Source: Podarcis filfolensis
Taxonomy: Eukaryota
Length of the DNA stretch: 64,000 bases
Assembly: GCA_964270895.1 (NCBI GenBank)
Contig: OZ185437.1
Reading direction: 5' to 3' (one strand)
This document shows, in pieces, positions 53,948-64,000 of the stretch (position 1 is the first letter of the stretch; each line of letters starts with the position of its first letter). Made by a program: the position numbers and the translations under genes. The notes under the pieces were generated by a model that had not been told where the DNA came from, made no database searches, and was given only the letters and a program-made list of their open reading frames with translations.

Positions 53948-54295
53948 AGGCTGCCACCTTGCTGAAGCTAAGGCAAAGGCCATAGCTCAGTAGTACAGCA
54001 TTTGCTTTGTATGCAGGATTTCCCAGGTTCAATCCCCACCCTCTCCAGGTAGGACTGGTAGAACCCTGCCTGAAATCCTGGAGAGCGGCAGTGAGTCATT
54101 GGAGAAGATTGCTACTGATCTAGATGGATCAATGGTTTGACTCAATATAAGGCAGTTTCCTATGTTCCTAAACTGAACAGGTCTAATGTCTGGTCAGTTC
54201 CAGGATGGATGATCACTTGGAAATCACATGTACACTGCCCTGAATACAGGATGGAAGAAAAGCATGATACAAATGTAAGATGATCATGAATAAAA
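53948..54295 (+). mobile_element. 5S-derived SINE interrupted by a tRNA-derived SINE (about 53972-54170)
   Basis: Left gctgaagctaag and right caggtct...ctggtcagttccaggatggatgatcacttggaaat together align to 5S boxes A and C. The insert has A box tagctcagtag, B box ggttcaatccc and tail cctatgttccta. Confidence 0.7.
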
Positions 54296-55008
54296 TAAGC
54301 AATGTGCTGAACAGCAGCTATGTTGGGGCTAAAGCCAGAGTAAAATAGCCCCCAAATTTGGAAAGAAACACAATAATAAAATAAATTAATTAAAAGGGTA
54401 TTTCCCAGTCCCCTCCTCCATTTTTCACTGAAACCTTATTACACTAGATCACAGGCTTTTGCTCTCTGTTAATTAGCCAAGAATAAATACCATCTGCTGG
54501 TTTGGTATTCAGAACCACTAATGCAGATTAAGATTCCTACTTCACTCTCAAAGGTAAGGTGGGGGGGCGAGAAGGGGCCCTCGTACTTCTAACGACTGCT
54601 TAGTCAAAATGTGGGTTGATGGGTCAGGAAAAAGAAAGTAACAAGTTTGCATCTTACAAGATAGAAGTTGGAATTTGGACAGATGGGGTGGGATGAGTTA
54701 GGAAACGGGGGGGGGGCGGATTTTTTAAAAAGGCTGTTCTTTTATTTTAGAATAATAGATACGTACACAGGAGTGGAAACAGCTCAAACAGAGGGACGGT
54801 GAGTAACCAACCTCACGATCAGTCCCTTTTGAGGAGGATTTCCGAAGCAGACTCGCCTCGCCCCCCCTTTTCTTTCAGAGACCACAACTCCAATCTCTCA
54901 TCGTGGGGGGGGGGCGAGGAGCGCAAGGCGACCGGAAGCTCCTGCATACCCCAACCTGAGGAAGGGAGGGGGGAGGGAGAAGAGGCTGCAAGACCCTGAC
55001 CCACTCGC

Positions 55009-55118
55009 CTGCGTCTCCCCTCCGTAAGCCGCGCAGAGGCGGCGGCAAGCAGCACAAGGTGGGAGGCTCCCTCCCTTCTCCGGGTTGGAATCGGTGAGGT
55101 GAAGTCTCTCCCTCCACT
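55009..55118 (-). other. WASF1: Putative WASF1 5'UTR exon 2, ending in a GC donor
   Basis: Long polypyrimidine tract plus ccAG acceptor before 55118. No ATG inside. Ends CAG|GCGAGT. Confidence 0.5.
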
Positions 55119-55230
55119 CTGGAAAACCGGGGAAGATGGGGGTCGGAGAGAGAAGCGGCGGCGGCGGGAATGAGGAGGGGGAAAATGGGGGGGCACTGCA
55201 GTGAATGCGGGGCCGCAGCAGGGCACTCAC

Positions 55231-55400
55231 CGTCTCTCTCTGCCCGTTCTCACAGCAATAGCCAGCAGCACCGTCCTTCTCTTCACATCTTCACACCGCC
55301 GCCGCCGCCGCCGCTCAACCCCTCCCCTTTCTGTGTCTGTTGGGCTCGTGCCAACCGGGTCCGTTTGGGTTTGAAGTTCGAACTCTCAATAGCCGCCCCC
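55231..55400 (-). other. WASF1: Putative WASF1 first non-coding exon (5' end approximate)
   Basis: Donor ACG|GTGAGT at 55230 inside the CpG island. GC-rich, with a (GGC)n run. Confidence 0.55.
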
Positions 55401-56184
55401 CTCGCGGACAGGCGCTCGTGAGAATTCGGGGGGGGGGGAGAAGGAGGCAGGGATGATCCGTGAGAGAGAGGGCGGGGGGGGGGGGAGAAGGGGCCGGTAG
55501 AGAGAAACTGCGAAGGAGAGAAAACGCGGAGCTTCCCCCGCACAAAGCTTCACAATAGACACGCAGCGGCGCGCGCGCGTGTGTATGTGTGTGTGTGTGT
55601 CGAAGGCGGGGCTTCTCCGCCGGCTCCAGCACTCTCTCCTGGAACGGGGGTGGAGGATGGTAAAGGGGTGGGGGGAGGTGGAGGTGTTGTTTACGCAACC
55701 ACCTGACTGGCGTCCTCGACAGATCCCTTGACACACATTGGAAAGGGAGTCGGGAGACACCACCATCATCCGGCTCCCCTGCCTCGCCACCCCCCAGCAC
55801 GATGTCGGGTGGTACAGGCTACTTTTGTTCTCTTGACGGGGGGAGGATGATGGAGGAGGCACCAGAATTATTGCGGCGTTTACTCAAGCCGGCTTGTCAC
55901 AGCCAATCAGAATGAAGGGAGGTGGAGCTGGAGGATGTTCCGATGCACATATACGAAATCTTTCCAGCATTTAGCCCTGCTTATTCGAGAGAAATATTTT
56001 TCATGGCCCAGGGTCATCCTATATATTTTGTGTCCGCCTCCATTTTCCTTTTGAGACGTGTTTGACTGGAAGCGAAAAGTGCTGAGGAGCCAGTACTTGA
56101 TAGCGCAGGCTCTGGAACATTTATCACTGAAGTTTTCTTAAAGCTTATGGGACGTCTCTAGGCTAGGATGCCCAAAGGAAGTGA

Positions 56185-57210
56185 GGTTGCAGTCCTATTA
56201 CTCTCAGGAGCCAATCTTATCCTGACGGATTTCTGAGTAAACATAAATAGGATTGGATTGCAGTTTGCGGATGTTTATCGAAAGACAGTCTTACTAAATT
56301 CAGTGGGGCTTAACTATCTAGTAAGGCTGCAAGTGAACTAAGCACACTTACGTAAAAAGTAAATTATGGAAATTAATGGGACCTGCTTCTGAATAAGCAT
56401 GCGTGGGATTAGGCTATAATACACCTAAAATGCACGATTCAGAAATAAGCCTCATTGAGTTCCGTGGAATCTACCTGCAGGTGAGTAGAGGATTGCCGCC
56501 TGCCGCCTTAACCTGGGACTAACCCAGGGCCAAGAGCCCAACTTACCGGGGAAGTAAGAATTGGTCTTCTGAGTAGCTGTGGTTATGATTGCGCTGCATT
56601 TCAGTGGGGCTTACTTAAAAGTAAACATGCATATAGAGCTTGTTGTTTGCTTTAAAACACCCTACTTATTAATACAATGTGAAATCAAGTGCTTTGCAGG
56701 CTACAGGATAATAAAACAAATGACACCGCATGGTTGTTGGTATGCAGTGGTTCCTCCTGAGTGCCGCAAGAATGAGCCAATGCATTGCTCGATACGTAGT
56801 TTGTCCTCGTAATGGACATGTAGCCTTTTAAACAACTTGCATGGCTCTTGGCAGCGCAATCCTATGCGCCATTTCTAGGGAGCAAGTCCCACTGATTTCA
56901 ATAGGATTTCTACTCAGAAGTCCAATTCAGTGGGGCTTACTTCTGGGTAGGTGGTGGAGTTGCAACCTAGGGCTTCATGAATGTTAAATCATATTACTTC
57001 GTACTTCTTCTGGGGCTACTTGAGAAAACAAGCTTTGTTTACTGGTGGTGGGAAATACAGCACTGAAGTGTTAAGTGTCACAGAATATTTGTGGAAGGGG
57101 GAACGATGGGGCACTGCGTCTCTTCAGCCATTTTATGGCAGGCCATAACATTCCTTCTCACATACTTGCAGCTGCCGCACCTCTGCTTATTTACTCGGAA
57201 GTCCTACTGA
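56185..57210. repeat. Cluster of about 7-8 decayed short palindromic interspersed repeats (unclassified, MITE-like)
   Basis: TTCAGTGGGGCTTA occurs exactly at 56299, 56600 and 56926. ttctgagta/actcagaag and gcaatcctatg/ataggattg motifs recur. Single copies occur near 2420, 32090, 33520 and 51710. Confidence 0.65.
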
Positions 57211-57439
57211 AGCGTTCTCCCAAATAAATGTGCATCAGGGAGCCGCTTTATACAGCCCAGTTCAGCGACGAAAAAGCTTTCATGTTTGGCTCTGGGTCGG
57301 CATGTCGGTTGCATGCTGGGATTTGTATACTTGCTGGAAGTCCTACGCCATGTAATCTTAAAACCAATCTTGGAATGAATGATACCTACGGCGAAGACTT
57401 CTTGACGGATGCTTTTAAAATTGGAGCAATTTTCTAAAA

Positions 57440-58300
57440 ACAATTTTGCGATTTAAAACTGGGCAAAGTCGCGGAGCCAGCGCGTTATTCCCGACAGGGA
57501 AAGGGAGCTGTTTTGTACAGCTGCCAGGACCCGCCGGGTGCTCCTCGTGGCTCCTCCCTCCTGCCGATGGTCCACTTCCGTTCTGCTAAGATGTCGGCCG
57601 CCATAGCCGCGCTCGCTTCGTACGGCGTCTCGGACTCCGATTCCGACTCGGAAGCGGAGGGCAGGCCCGGCCACTCGGCGGCTCCCGTCGCCGACGAGGA
57701 TGCGGTGCTGCACCTCGCCTCGTCTGCCCCGGCCCAGCAAGCGCTGCTGCCTGTCGTGGACTCGGCCCCGGCGGTGGCTGTCAAGGTAGGAGCTGCTCCG
57801 GAGTCGCCCGCCTGGGGCCCCGGGGCGGGTGGGGGCAAGGAAGCGCTGCCTCCTCGCCCGTACGTGGTCCGAGGAGGTCGCCCAGAAGCGGCGGCTGCGG
57901 TGCTGACACTCGCTCTCCCTCTCTCGCCCCGAGGTGAAGTCATTTCATCCTGCTCCGAGCCGGGCAGATTCTCCCCGGGCGTCACCTATGCCGCGAAGGT
58001 TTCTCGTTGGCGCACGAGGGTTGGCGCCAGTTTTTCTAGAAGAATTCCTCTGACTTCTATGCAGGACGGGCAGAAAGTCAACAGGGAGAGCTTGCTCGCC
58101 GTGGAGGGAGAGTGCTGGCCGACGAGTTCTCGCCTCTTGGAAGCCTGCCTGTTCCTTTAAACTTTAAAGCTTTAGGAGAACTCTTAAGGCGGAGAAGGGA
58201 CATGGGGTTTACAAACTTAAGGCTCAAAAATACTTGGGTGTTTCGACTGAGAGGGTAAGGGTGGCCTATTTGGTATTCCTTAACGGGAAAGCGATCTCTA
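57440..58300 (+). promoter_or_regulatory. CpG island and promoter of CDC40, with an ETS-type CACTTCCG motif just upstream of the ATG
   Basis: CpG-rich block spanning exon 1. CACTTCCG at about 57573-57580. Confidence 0.8.
57591..57785 (+). CDS. CDC40: CDC40 (PRP17, pre-mRNA-processing factor 17) coding exon 1: MSAAIAALASYGVSDSDSDSEAEG...VVDSAPAVAVK
   Basis: Matches the vertebrate CDC40 N-terminus (MSAAIAALA.SYGS...DSAP.VAVK). 195 nt, phase-0 donor AAG|GTAGG. The head-to-head arrangement with WASF1 matches the known human synteny. Exon 2 is not in the window. Confidence 0.93.
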
Positions 58301-58656
58301 AAATGTAGTGTGTCATATTTTTGCGCTGCTGCATCTTGGTCTGACCCATATTTCAAACTTTTGCTGTGAATAAACTTTGTTTATAAACTTTGTTTATGGG
58401 TTTCCCTTGCCCCTACTCAGAGTCTGAGTGGCAAAACCACCATTGCCCAGTTAGGCACCTTGCAGTGGAGGGACTTGAAAACATTACAGTACTTGTCTTT
58501 TCAATTGATTGGATCCCAGTCTAATATTTGCTCTGCTCGATTTTAAGGAACTAAGCTAATACCATTGATATTCTGGTTATGCTAGGCTTTAATGCTAGGT
58601 GTGATTCCACTCCCTTTATACATAAGGGGAGCTTACCTGCTTCATTCTGTACAGCA

Positions 58657-58790
58657 GAGATGGCTGACCTGTGACCCTGTAGGTGTTGCTCAGCTCCAGC
58701 TCCCAACACCCCTGACTAATTGCTGTGCTGGCTGGTGCCAATAGAAGCTGGAGTCCAGCTACATCTGGATGGCAGAAGGTGAGACAGCCC
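58657..58790. mobile_element. Decayed foldback hAT MITE, family of 44556
   Basis: cagagatggctgacc ... ggtgagacagccctg termini with a ctccagctccca/gctggag interior. Confidence 0.55.
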
Positions 58791-59700
58791 TGTTGTACAA
58801 TATTCTTGACATCTGGCTAGGATCCATTTAGGCTGTCTTTATTAATGCTTTCTCATGTATGTGAAACTTTAAGCTTATTCTGTTGTAGTAGAACAGGCTA
58901 GGCTTCTATAAATTGCTTCCTCCTGTTTCCACTTCAATCTATGCTTCACAGTAACCTCCAATTCCATGAGATTAAAGACCATTAAAACAACAATAACCCT
59001 ATGATGATTGCAATAGCTCTTGTTTGTGTTCCCCAGCAATTGATATTCAGAGGCATAGTGCTTCTGATCCATGAGGTAGTATATAGACATCATATTGGCA
59101 GTTTGCTTTCAATTCCTTTTGTAATGATCCTTAATATGGAAACAAAAAAAAATTCCATTAGCACCTTAGAGACCAACTAAGTTTGTTATTGGTATGCACT
59201 TTCATGTGCATGCACACTTCTTCAGACACCTTAATATGGAATTTGTCTTTTCTTAGCTGCCACACACTGTGTCATCATTTTCTCTGTACTATGCATCGCA
59301 ATTCCAAAGTCCTTCTGAGAAGTGAAATGCTAGTATGGACCAGGACTGGGCATGAAATAAAACTGAGAATGGTTATTAGGCTGGGCTGTTAAGATCTGGT
59401 CTCTACTTCATCCTCTCAGCAATTCCTTTTGCTACCCTTGTGAAAAACAAGGAAACCCTCACACGGATCTCTCACCTCCCCTACAGATGTGCTTTTCTTG
59501 TCTGTCTTAATTAATGGCAGGTCTTGAGCAATGCTGCTGGTTGAACTAGCAGATCAGGAGAGAAGCAAAAGACTCAACCTTTTCCTTGCTTCTCTCCCTC
59601 TGCCATAGCTGCATCATTCTTCCAAAGTTCAGCAGTCAACCACTTGAGAGAAGGAAGTTGGCAGTCTTCCCAGAAGCAGTTTTGGAGAACCAGTTGCCCA

Positions 59701-60629
59701 AATCAAACTTAAGTAAATTGAATAAATTTCAGTGTATCTAAGTAAAATTTAACTGAAAAGTATCCATAGCTACTATGTGGAATCTTATACAAGATCCAAG
59801 CCCTTTTACATTGTCCAGTATCTAGCTGCATAATCCTGTCCATCTCTTTGTCATGCCTGTGTGTGTCTAAAGCACATGGGACTCTTACATCTATGGCAAT
59901 ATAATTATTCATGAAATCATATAGCTGTTTTTAGGTTGTGAGAGTGAGGACTCTTTTTAGTCTTCCTGCTCTTGCTTATCTCAGCCCTTTCTTTTACCCC
60001 CACTGTAGTCTACTAACTGCTCCAACATCTTTTGTATAGGTAAAATCCTGCAATGTTTCCTCTGGTGCTCGTTTTGAACAGTGTTCAGCAATTTGGTGGT
60101 GGTTGTTTCCTACACAATCTAATAATTTATCTTGTAAGCATCAGCTATAAATTTTCACTGCCAAAAGGGAATGAACAGCCAAGAAATGTACATAAGTAGT
60201 TCAATCCTGTGTCCAACAGGAAAGGTACATACTTTTTAGGAAGCAGACAACCCTTGGATTTAAATTGCAAAACACAAATGTTTGCTTCCGATTCTGAAAC
60301 TTGTATAGAGGCAGAAGTCTGATTTGCAATGGTTAATTCATAGTAAAGAAGATTTATTATGAGCAGTGTTGCAATTGTTTAGGTTGTATGATTCTGATTA
60401 AGTAATGCAAGTTTTTTTTAGCTTTTTTAGTGTACTTCATCATCGTAATAGAGAAGAATACCTTCCCATTTTAAGATTGTTATATTCATGATACTAATCA
60501 GAGAGCAATTTGGAATAATTCTTTTTGTTGCAGTGCATTGATTAAGATTCCACATAGTAGCTTTGGATACTTTTCAGTTAAATTTTACTTAGATACACTG
60601 AAATTTATTCAATTTACTTAAGTTTGATT
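59701..60629. repeat. 87-bp inverted repeat (arms 59701-59787 and 60543-60629, one mismatch, 755-bp spacer)
   Basis: Base-by-base reverse-complement comparison. The only mismatch is 59767 against 60563. Confidence 0.97.
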
Positions 60630-60971
60630 AATTTCAATGGATCTACTTTAGAAAAACTGAGTTGACTGTCACCCTGTTTTTCTCAAGAATGGCCCTATTT
60701 GCACATTTTGGGAAGAGCATTGTTTGGCTTCATGTGTGGCTTGCTTGGAGTGAAACAAACCATAACTTCTAGTTTGGCTAGACGCTAAGCCACATGTCAT
60801 TGTTGCTTTCACTTGTGCTACCAGAAGGATAAATCGGGAGCTTCCTGCACATTTACAGTTAAGCATTAGCTATTGTTTGCTGTGACATGTGAATGTAGTC
60901 ATTACATCTGTTTTGTTTGGTTGTCCTGTTTGCTTATATATATGTATGCGTATAGAGCTATATAGATACAT

Positions 60972-61017
60972 TGTGTGTGTGTGTACGCGCGCGCGCACAC
61001 ACACACACACACACACA
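60972..61017. repeat. Self-complementary alternating purine-pyrimidine tract (TG)n-(CG)n-(CA)n
   Basis: Read directly from the sequence. Confidence 0.95.
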
Positions 61018-61499
61018 GAAAATCCCTCCTAGAATTGTAGCTGTCCATGGGCAGGACCTGGTGTCTATGTAGAAATAATATGTTTGGTAGACTTTTCCAA
61101 ACTCTGGCATTGTTTGCAAAAGTAGATTAAAATAAATTCTGAGGCTGTGTTATTCTACACATTATTTTAATGTCAATACATTTTAAAGTTTTTATAATAC
61201 GTTTTTCAAATTCTTACTTTCTATACAGCCTTTGTAGTATCCATGAAAAATTGACTGACTTGAAATGTGTTGAACTTAGAAAACATTTCCAATGTACCCC
61301 TTTTGTTGCTCCTACTATGCTATTACATGCTGCATCAGGTGTTTGACAAGAAGTTGTAGTATAGGTGCTTTGCCTGTAGGAGGGCCCAGTTCTGAGTCAT
61401 TCCAGATTTTCTTCTATGTAATGGGTATTGTGCAGTGCCCATGACATTTTCTTAGCTTTTAAAATGTTCTCCTAGGCCCCAAAACTTTGGGCACCCCTG

Positions 61500-63274
61500 A
61501 AAATAGATACGGTAAACTCTTAAGCAAGTAGATGTGTCAAGAGTATCTTGGAATAAATTTAACATCAAACACTATAGATTTAAGTAAAGAGAATTATGGG
61601 AAAACATGGAATGAAATAAAAAATGATTTGCAAATATGGGGGAAATTAAATCTTTCCTTACTAGGGAAAATATCAGTAATAAAGATGAACATATTACCAA
61701 GGATGATGTTTTTATTTCAAAGTATCCCAATACTAGGAGGAGATAAATGTTTTAATAAGTGGAAAAGAGATTTGGCTAAATTCGTGTGGTCAGGGGAAAA
61801 AACAAGAATAAAACACAAAATAATGATAGATAAGAAGGAGAGAGGAGGATTTGGCCTCCCTGACATGGAGTTATATCATGATGCGGTGGGTCTGACCTGG
61901 CTAAAAGAATGGATCAAATTAGATGACTCGGATGTATTGGATTTAGAGGGAGTAGAGACGAGATTTGGATGGCATGCCTATCTAATAGATGAAAAAGTCA
62001 AAGTGCATAAAGGCTTCCTAGGGCATATAGTTAGAAAGTCTATATATAAAATATGGGAGAAATATAAAAGAATCCTAGAACCGAAAACTCCTTGGTGGGC
62101 ATCGCCAGCAGAAATTGTCGCAGTGAAAAAATTAAATATGAAAGAAAACTGGGCTACCTATAAAATGGTATTAAAGGAAGAAAACGGAGAATTGGAATTA
62201 AAGGATTATACAGAAATTAAAGCTCATATTAGTGATTGGTTTCAATATATTCAAATTAAGTACAGATTAGCGAAAGACAAAAAGTTAGGATTTGAAAAAG
62301 AAATATCAAAATTCGATAAATACTTAATACAAGAAAAATAAAAAAATATATCTAAATTGTATAATTTGATCTTAGAGTGGGAAACAAAGGATGAATTGGT
62401 TAAAGCATCAATGATCAAATGGGCACAAGATATTGGGAAAAATATTATGTTTGAACAATGGGGAAAATTGTGGAAGGAAGATATGAAATTCACTATGTGT
62501 TATATATTGAAAGAAAATTATCTCAAAATGCAACACAGATGGTATTTAACACCTGAAAGAATAGCAAAAATGAATAAAAATTGTAGCAATGTCTGCTGGC
62601 GATGCAACACTGGAAAAGGTACTATGATACCTTTAAACATCAAACAATTTTGGGGAACAGTATATAACGAAATGAAAAAAATGTTCAGATATTCATTTAG
62701 GAAAACACCAGAAGGTTTTTTATTGGGAATAGTACCAGGAAGCCTAAAGGAAGAAGACAAGACCTTATATTTATACGCAACAGTAGCCGCAAGGCTATTG
62801 ATTGTGAAAAATTGGAAAAGTGGTACTGTACCAACAAAGATAGAGTGGCTTGCCAAATTATTGGAGTACTACAATATATTCAAAACAATGGGAGAAATTG
62901 GAAGGATCTCAAAAGAGAAGGCAGACAGGGACTGGAAGGTGTTTAAAAGATACTTGCAAAACTATATCGAAAAATCAGAACTCCTATTAGAATAAACAAG
63001 TTTCGTTTCAAATATTGGAATACTAAATAAGATGGATAACAATGTGCAATAGAAAAAGAAATATGAAATTAGGTTAAAGGTGTGTGAAAGAAAGTAATAG
63101 AAGTAGAAAGAAATTGCAATTGAGTAGATTGGAAGTCTAACACAAAGGGTGAGGGGTGGTGGATGGTGATGGGAATTATCTGTAGGACTGAGTGTAGGTA
63201 TGTTGTAGGTATGTAGGTATGTTGTATGAAATGTATGTTTGTATGTTTATTAATGTTGAATTATTTTAGCAATA

Positions 63275-63323
<49 letters not shown>
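61500..63323 (+). mobile_element. 5'-truncated L1 LINE (ORF2 post-RT region, 3'UTR, (AAT)n tail) in CDC40 intron 1
   Basis: ORFs 61532..62341 and 62357..62995 share a frame, separated by one TAA. Motifs: YLGI, LSLLGKISVIKMNILPR, GGFGLPD, RWYLTP..CWRC. The tail is at 63271-63323. No clear TSD found. Confidence 0.93.
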
Positions 63324-64000
63324 GTTCTCTACAATGTACTAAACAATAGCTTTTGTTTGAAGGCTAAAACCAATACTATATATTTCTTTCTCTGCCATAA
63401 TTCATTAATAAAATAACATTACGTTGTGTAATATTCTTGAGCAATGGTGGGCAATCTGTGGTCCTCTGCAAGTAGCAAGAAAGCAAAGTTAAGATTGTCA
63501 CCAGCCCGCACTTCCTTTCTCTCTTAAGATTATCACCGCCCACACTGTTCTTTCTCTCTGTGTCTTGAAAATTCAGGAGAGAAAAAAGGAGGGAGAGAAA
63601 CAGGGAGGAGTGATGATCATTTTAAGAGAAAAACAGTGTGGGGGTGGTTCTGGCCCCACTCTCAGTGGCAGCATACAACCCCACTCCCTGCAAAGAGATT
63701 ACCTCCAAGAGGGTGCATTTCTTGTAAAGAAAAGGAAAAAAAGCTCATTCCTGTTCTAGTGATTATATCATTAAAAAAAATGCTTGCACACCTCAGATAT
63801 GGAGACCAAACAAGAATCAAGCAGCCTGGTTTCAAATGACAGTTCTAGTTGCAAAGATGTTGATCTTGCAAAAAAGGAATGCTCAAAAGGGGCAGATACA
63901 GTTTTCCTGAGTGCAAGGGTCAAGAAGTCATGATTAGACCAATGAGAGTGGCTCACATGAAAAGAGAAATCAAGATAAATTTTGATGTCTGTGATAGGGC

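Larger units (their letters stand above)
54800..55910 (-). promoter_or_regulatory. CpG island and promoter of WASF1, with an NF-Y-type CCAAT box (AGCCAATCAG, 55901-55910)
   Basis: High GC and CpG density against an AT-rich, CpG-depleted background. GC-box-like runs present. Confidence 0.8.

Noticed and set aside
54799-55862. Multiple 80-160-aa ORFs in the WASF1 CpG island
   Set aside because: Expected by chance in GC-rich, stop-poor sequence. Low-complexity Pro/Gly/Arg content and no recognisable domain.
57485-58160. 215-aa plus-strand ORF and 166-aa minus-strand ORF
   Set aside because: These are CDC40 exon 1 with CpG-island read-through past the donor at 57785, and its antisense shadow. 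The in-frame upstream ATG at 57567 (8-aa extension) has a weaker context and probably lies at or upstream of the transcription start.

Overview
Vertebrate genomic DNA, most likely from a squamate lizard: the Sauria-type SINEs resemble lacertid (Podarcis/Lacerta-like) copies as I recall them, so the taxon is an inference. The window holds the complete WASF1 (WAVE1/SCAR1) coding sequence on the minus strand. Eight coding exons lie between 29409 and 11801; I joined them by hand across GT-AG sites, the phases are consistent, and they total 1647 nt (548 aa). A poly(A) signal lies near 11050, and putative non-coding 5' exons sit in a CpG island at about 54.8-55.9 kb. Head-to-head with WASF1 is the first coding exon of CDC40 (PRP17) on the plus strand (57591-57785); the rest of CDC40 lies beyond the window. 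Introns and flanks are rich in transposons: four Sauria SINEs, tRNA- and 5S-derived SINEs, L1, L2 and CR1 fragments, TA-flanked Tc1/mariner-superfamily MITEs and hAT MITEs with 8-bp target duplications. Nearly all long ORFs in the supplied track are exon read-throughs, LINE fragments or GC-rich repeat artefacts. I found no prokaryote-style novel system. The most notable unexplained structures are: (1) an 87-bp near-perfect inverted repeat in CDC40 intron 1 beside a poison-exon-like acceptor; (2) two MITEs carrying internal minisatellites, one with a higher-order 117-bp CpG-rich hairpin array and one with six CAGCTG E-boxes; (3) a probable GC-AG 5'UTR intron and start-stop uORFs in WASF1; (4) a repeat-filled spacer that splits the WASF1/CDC40 divergent promoter.
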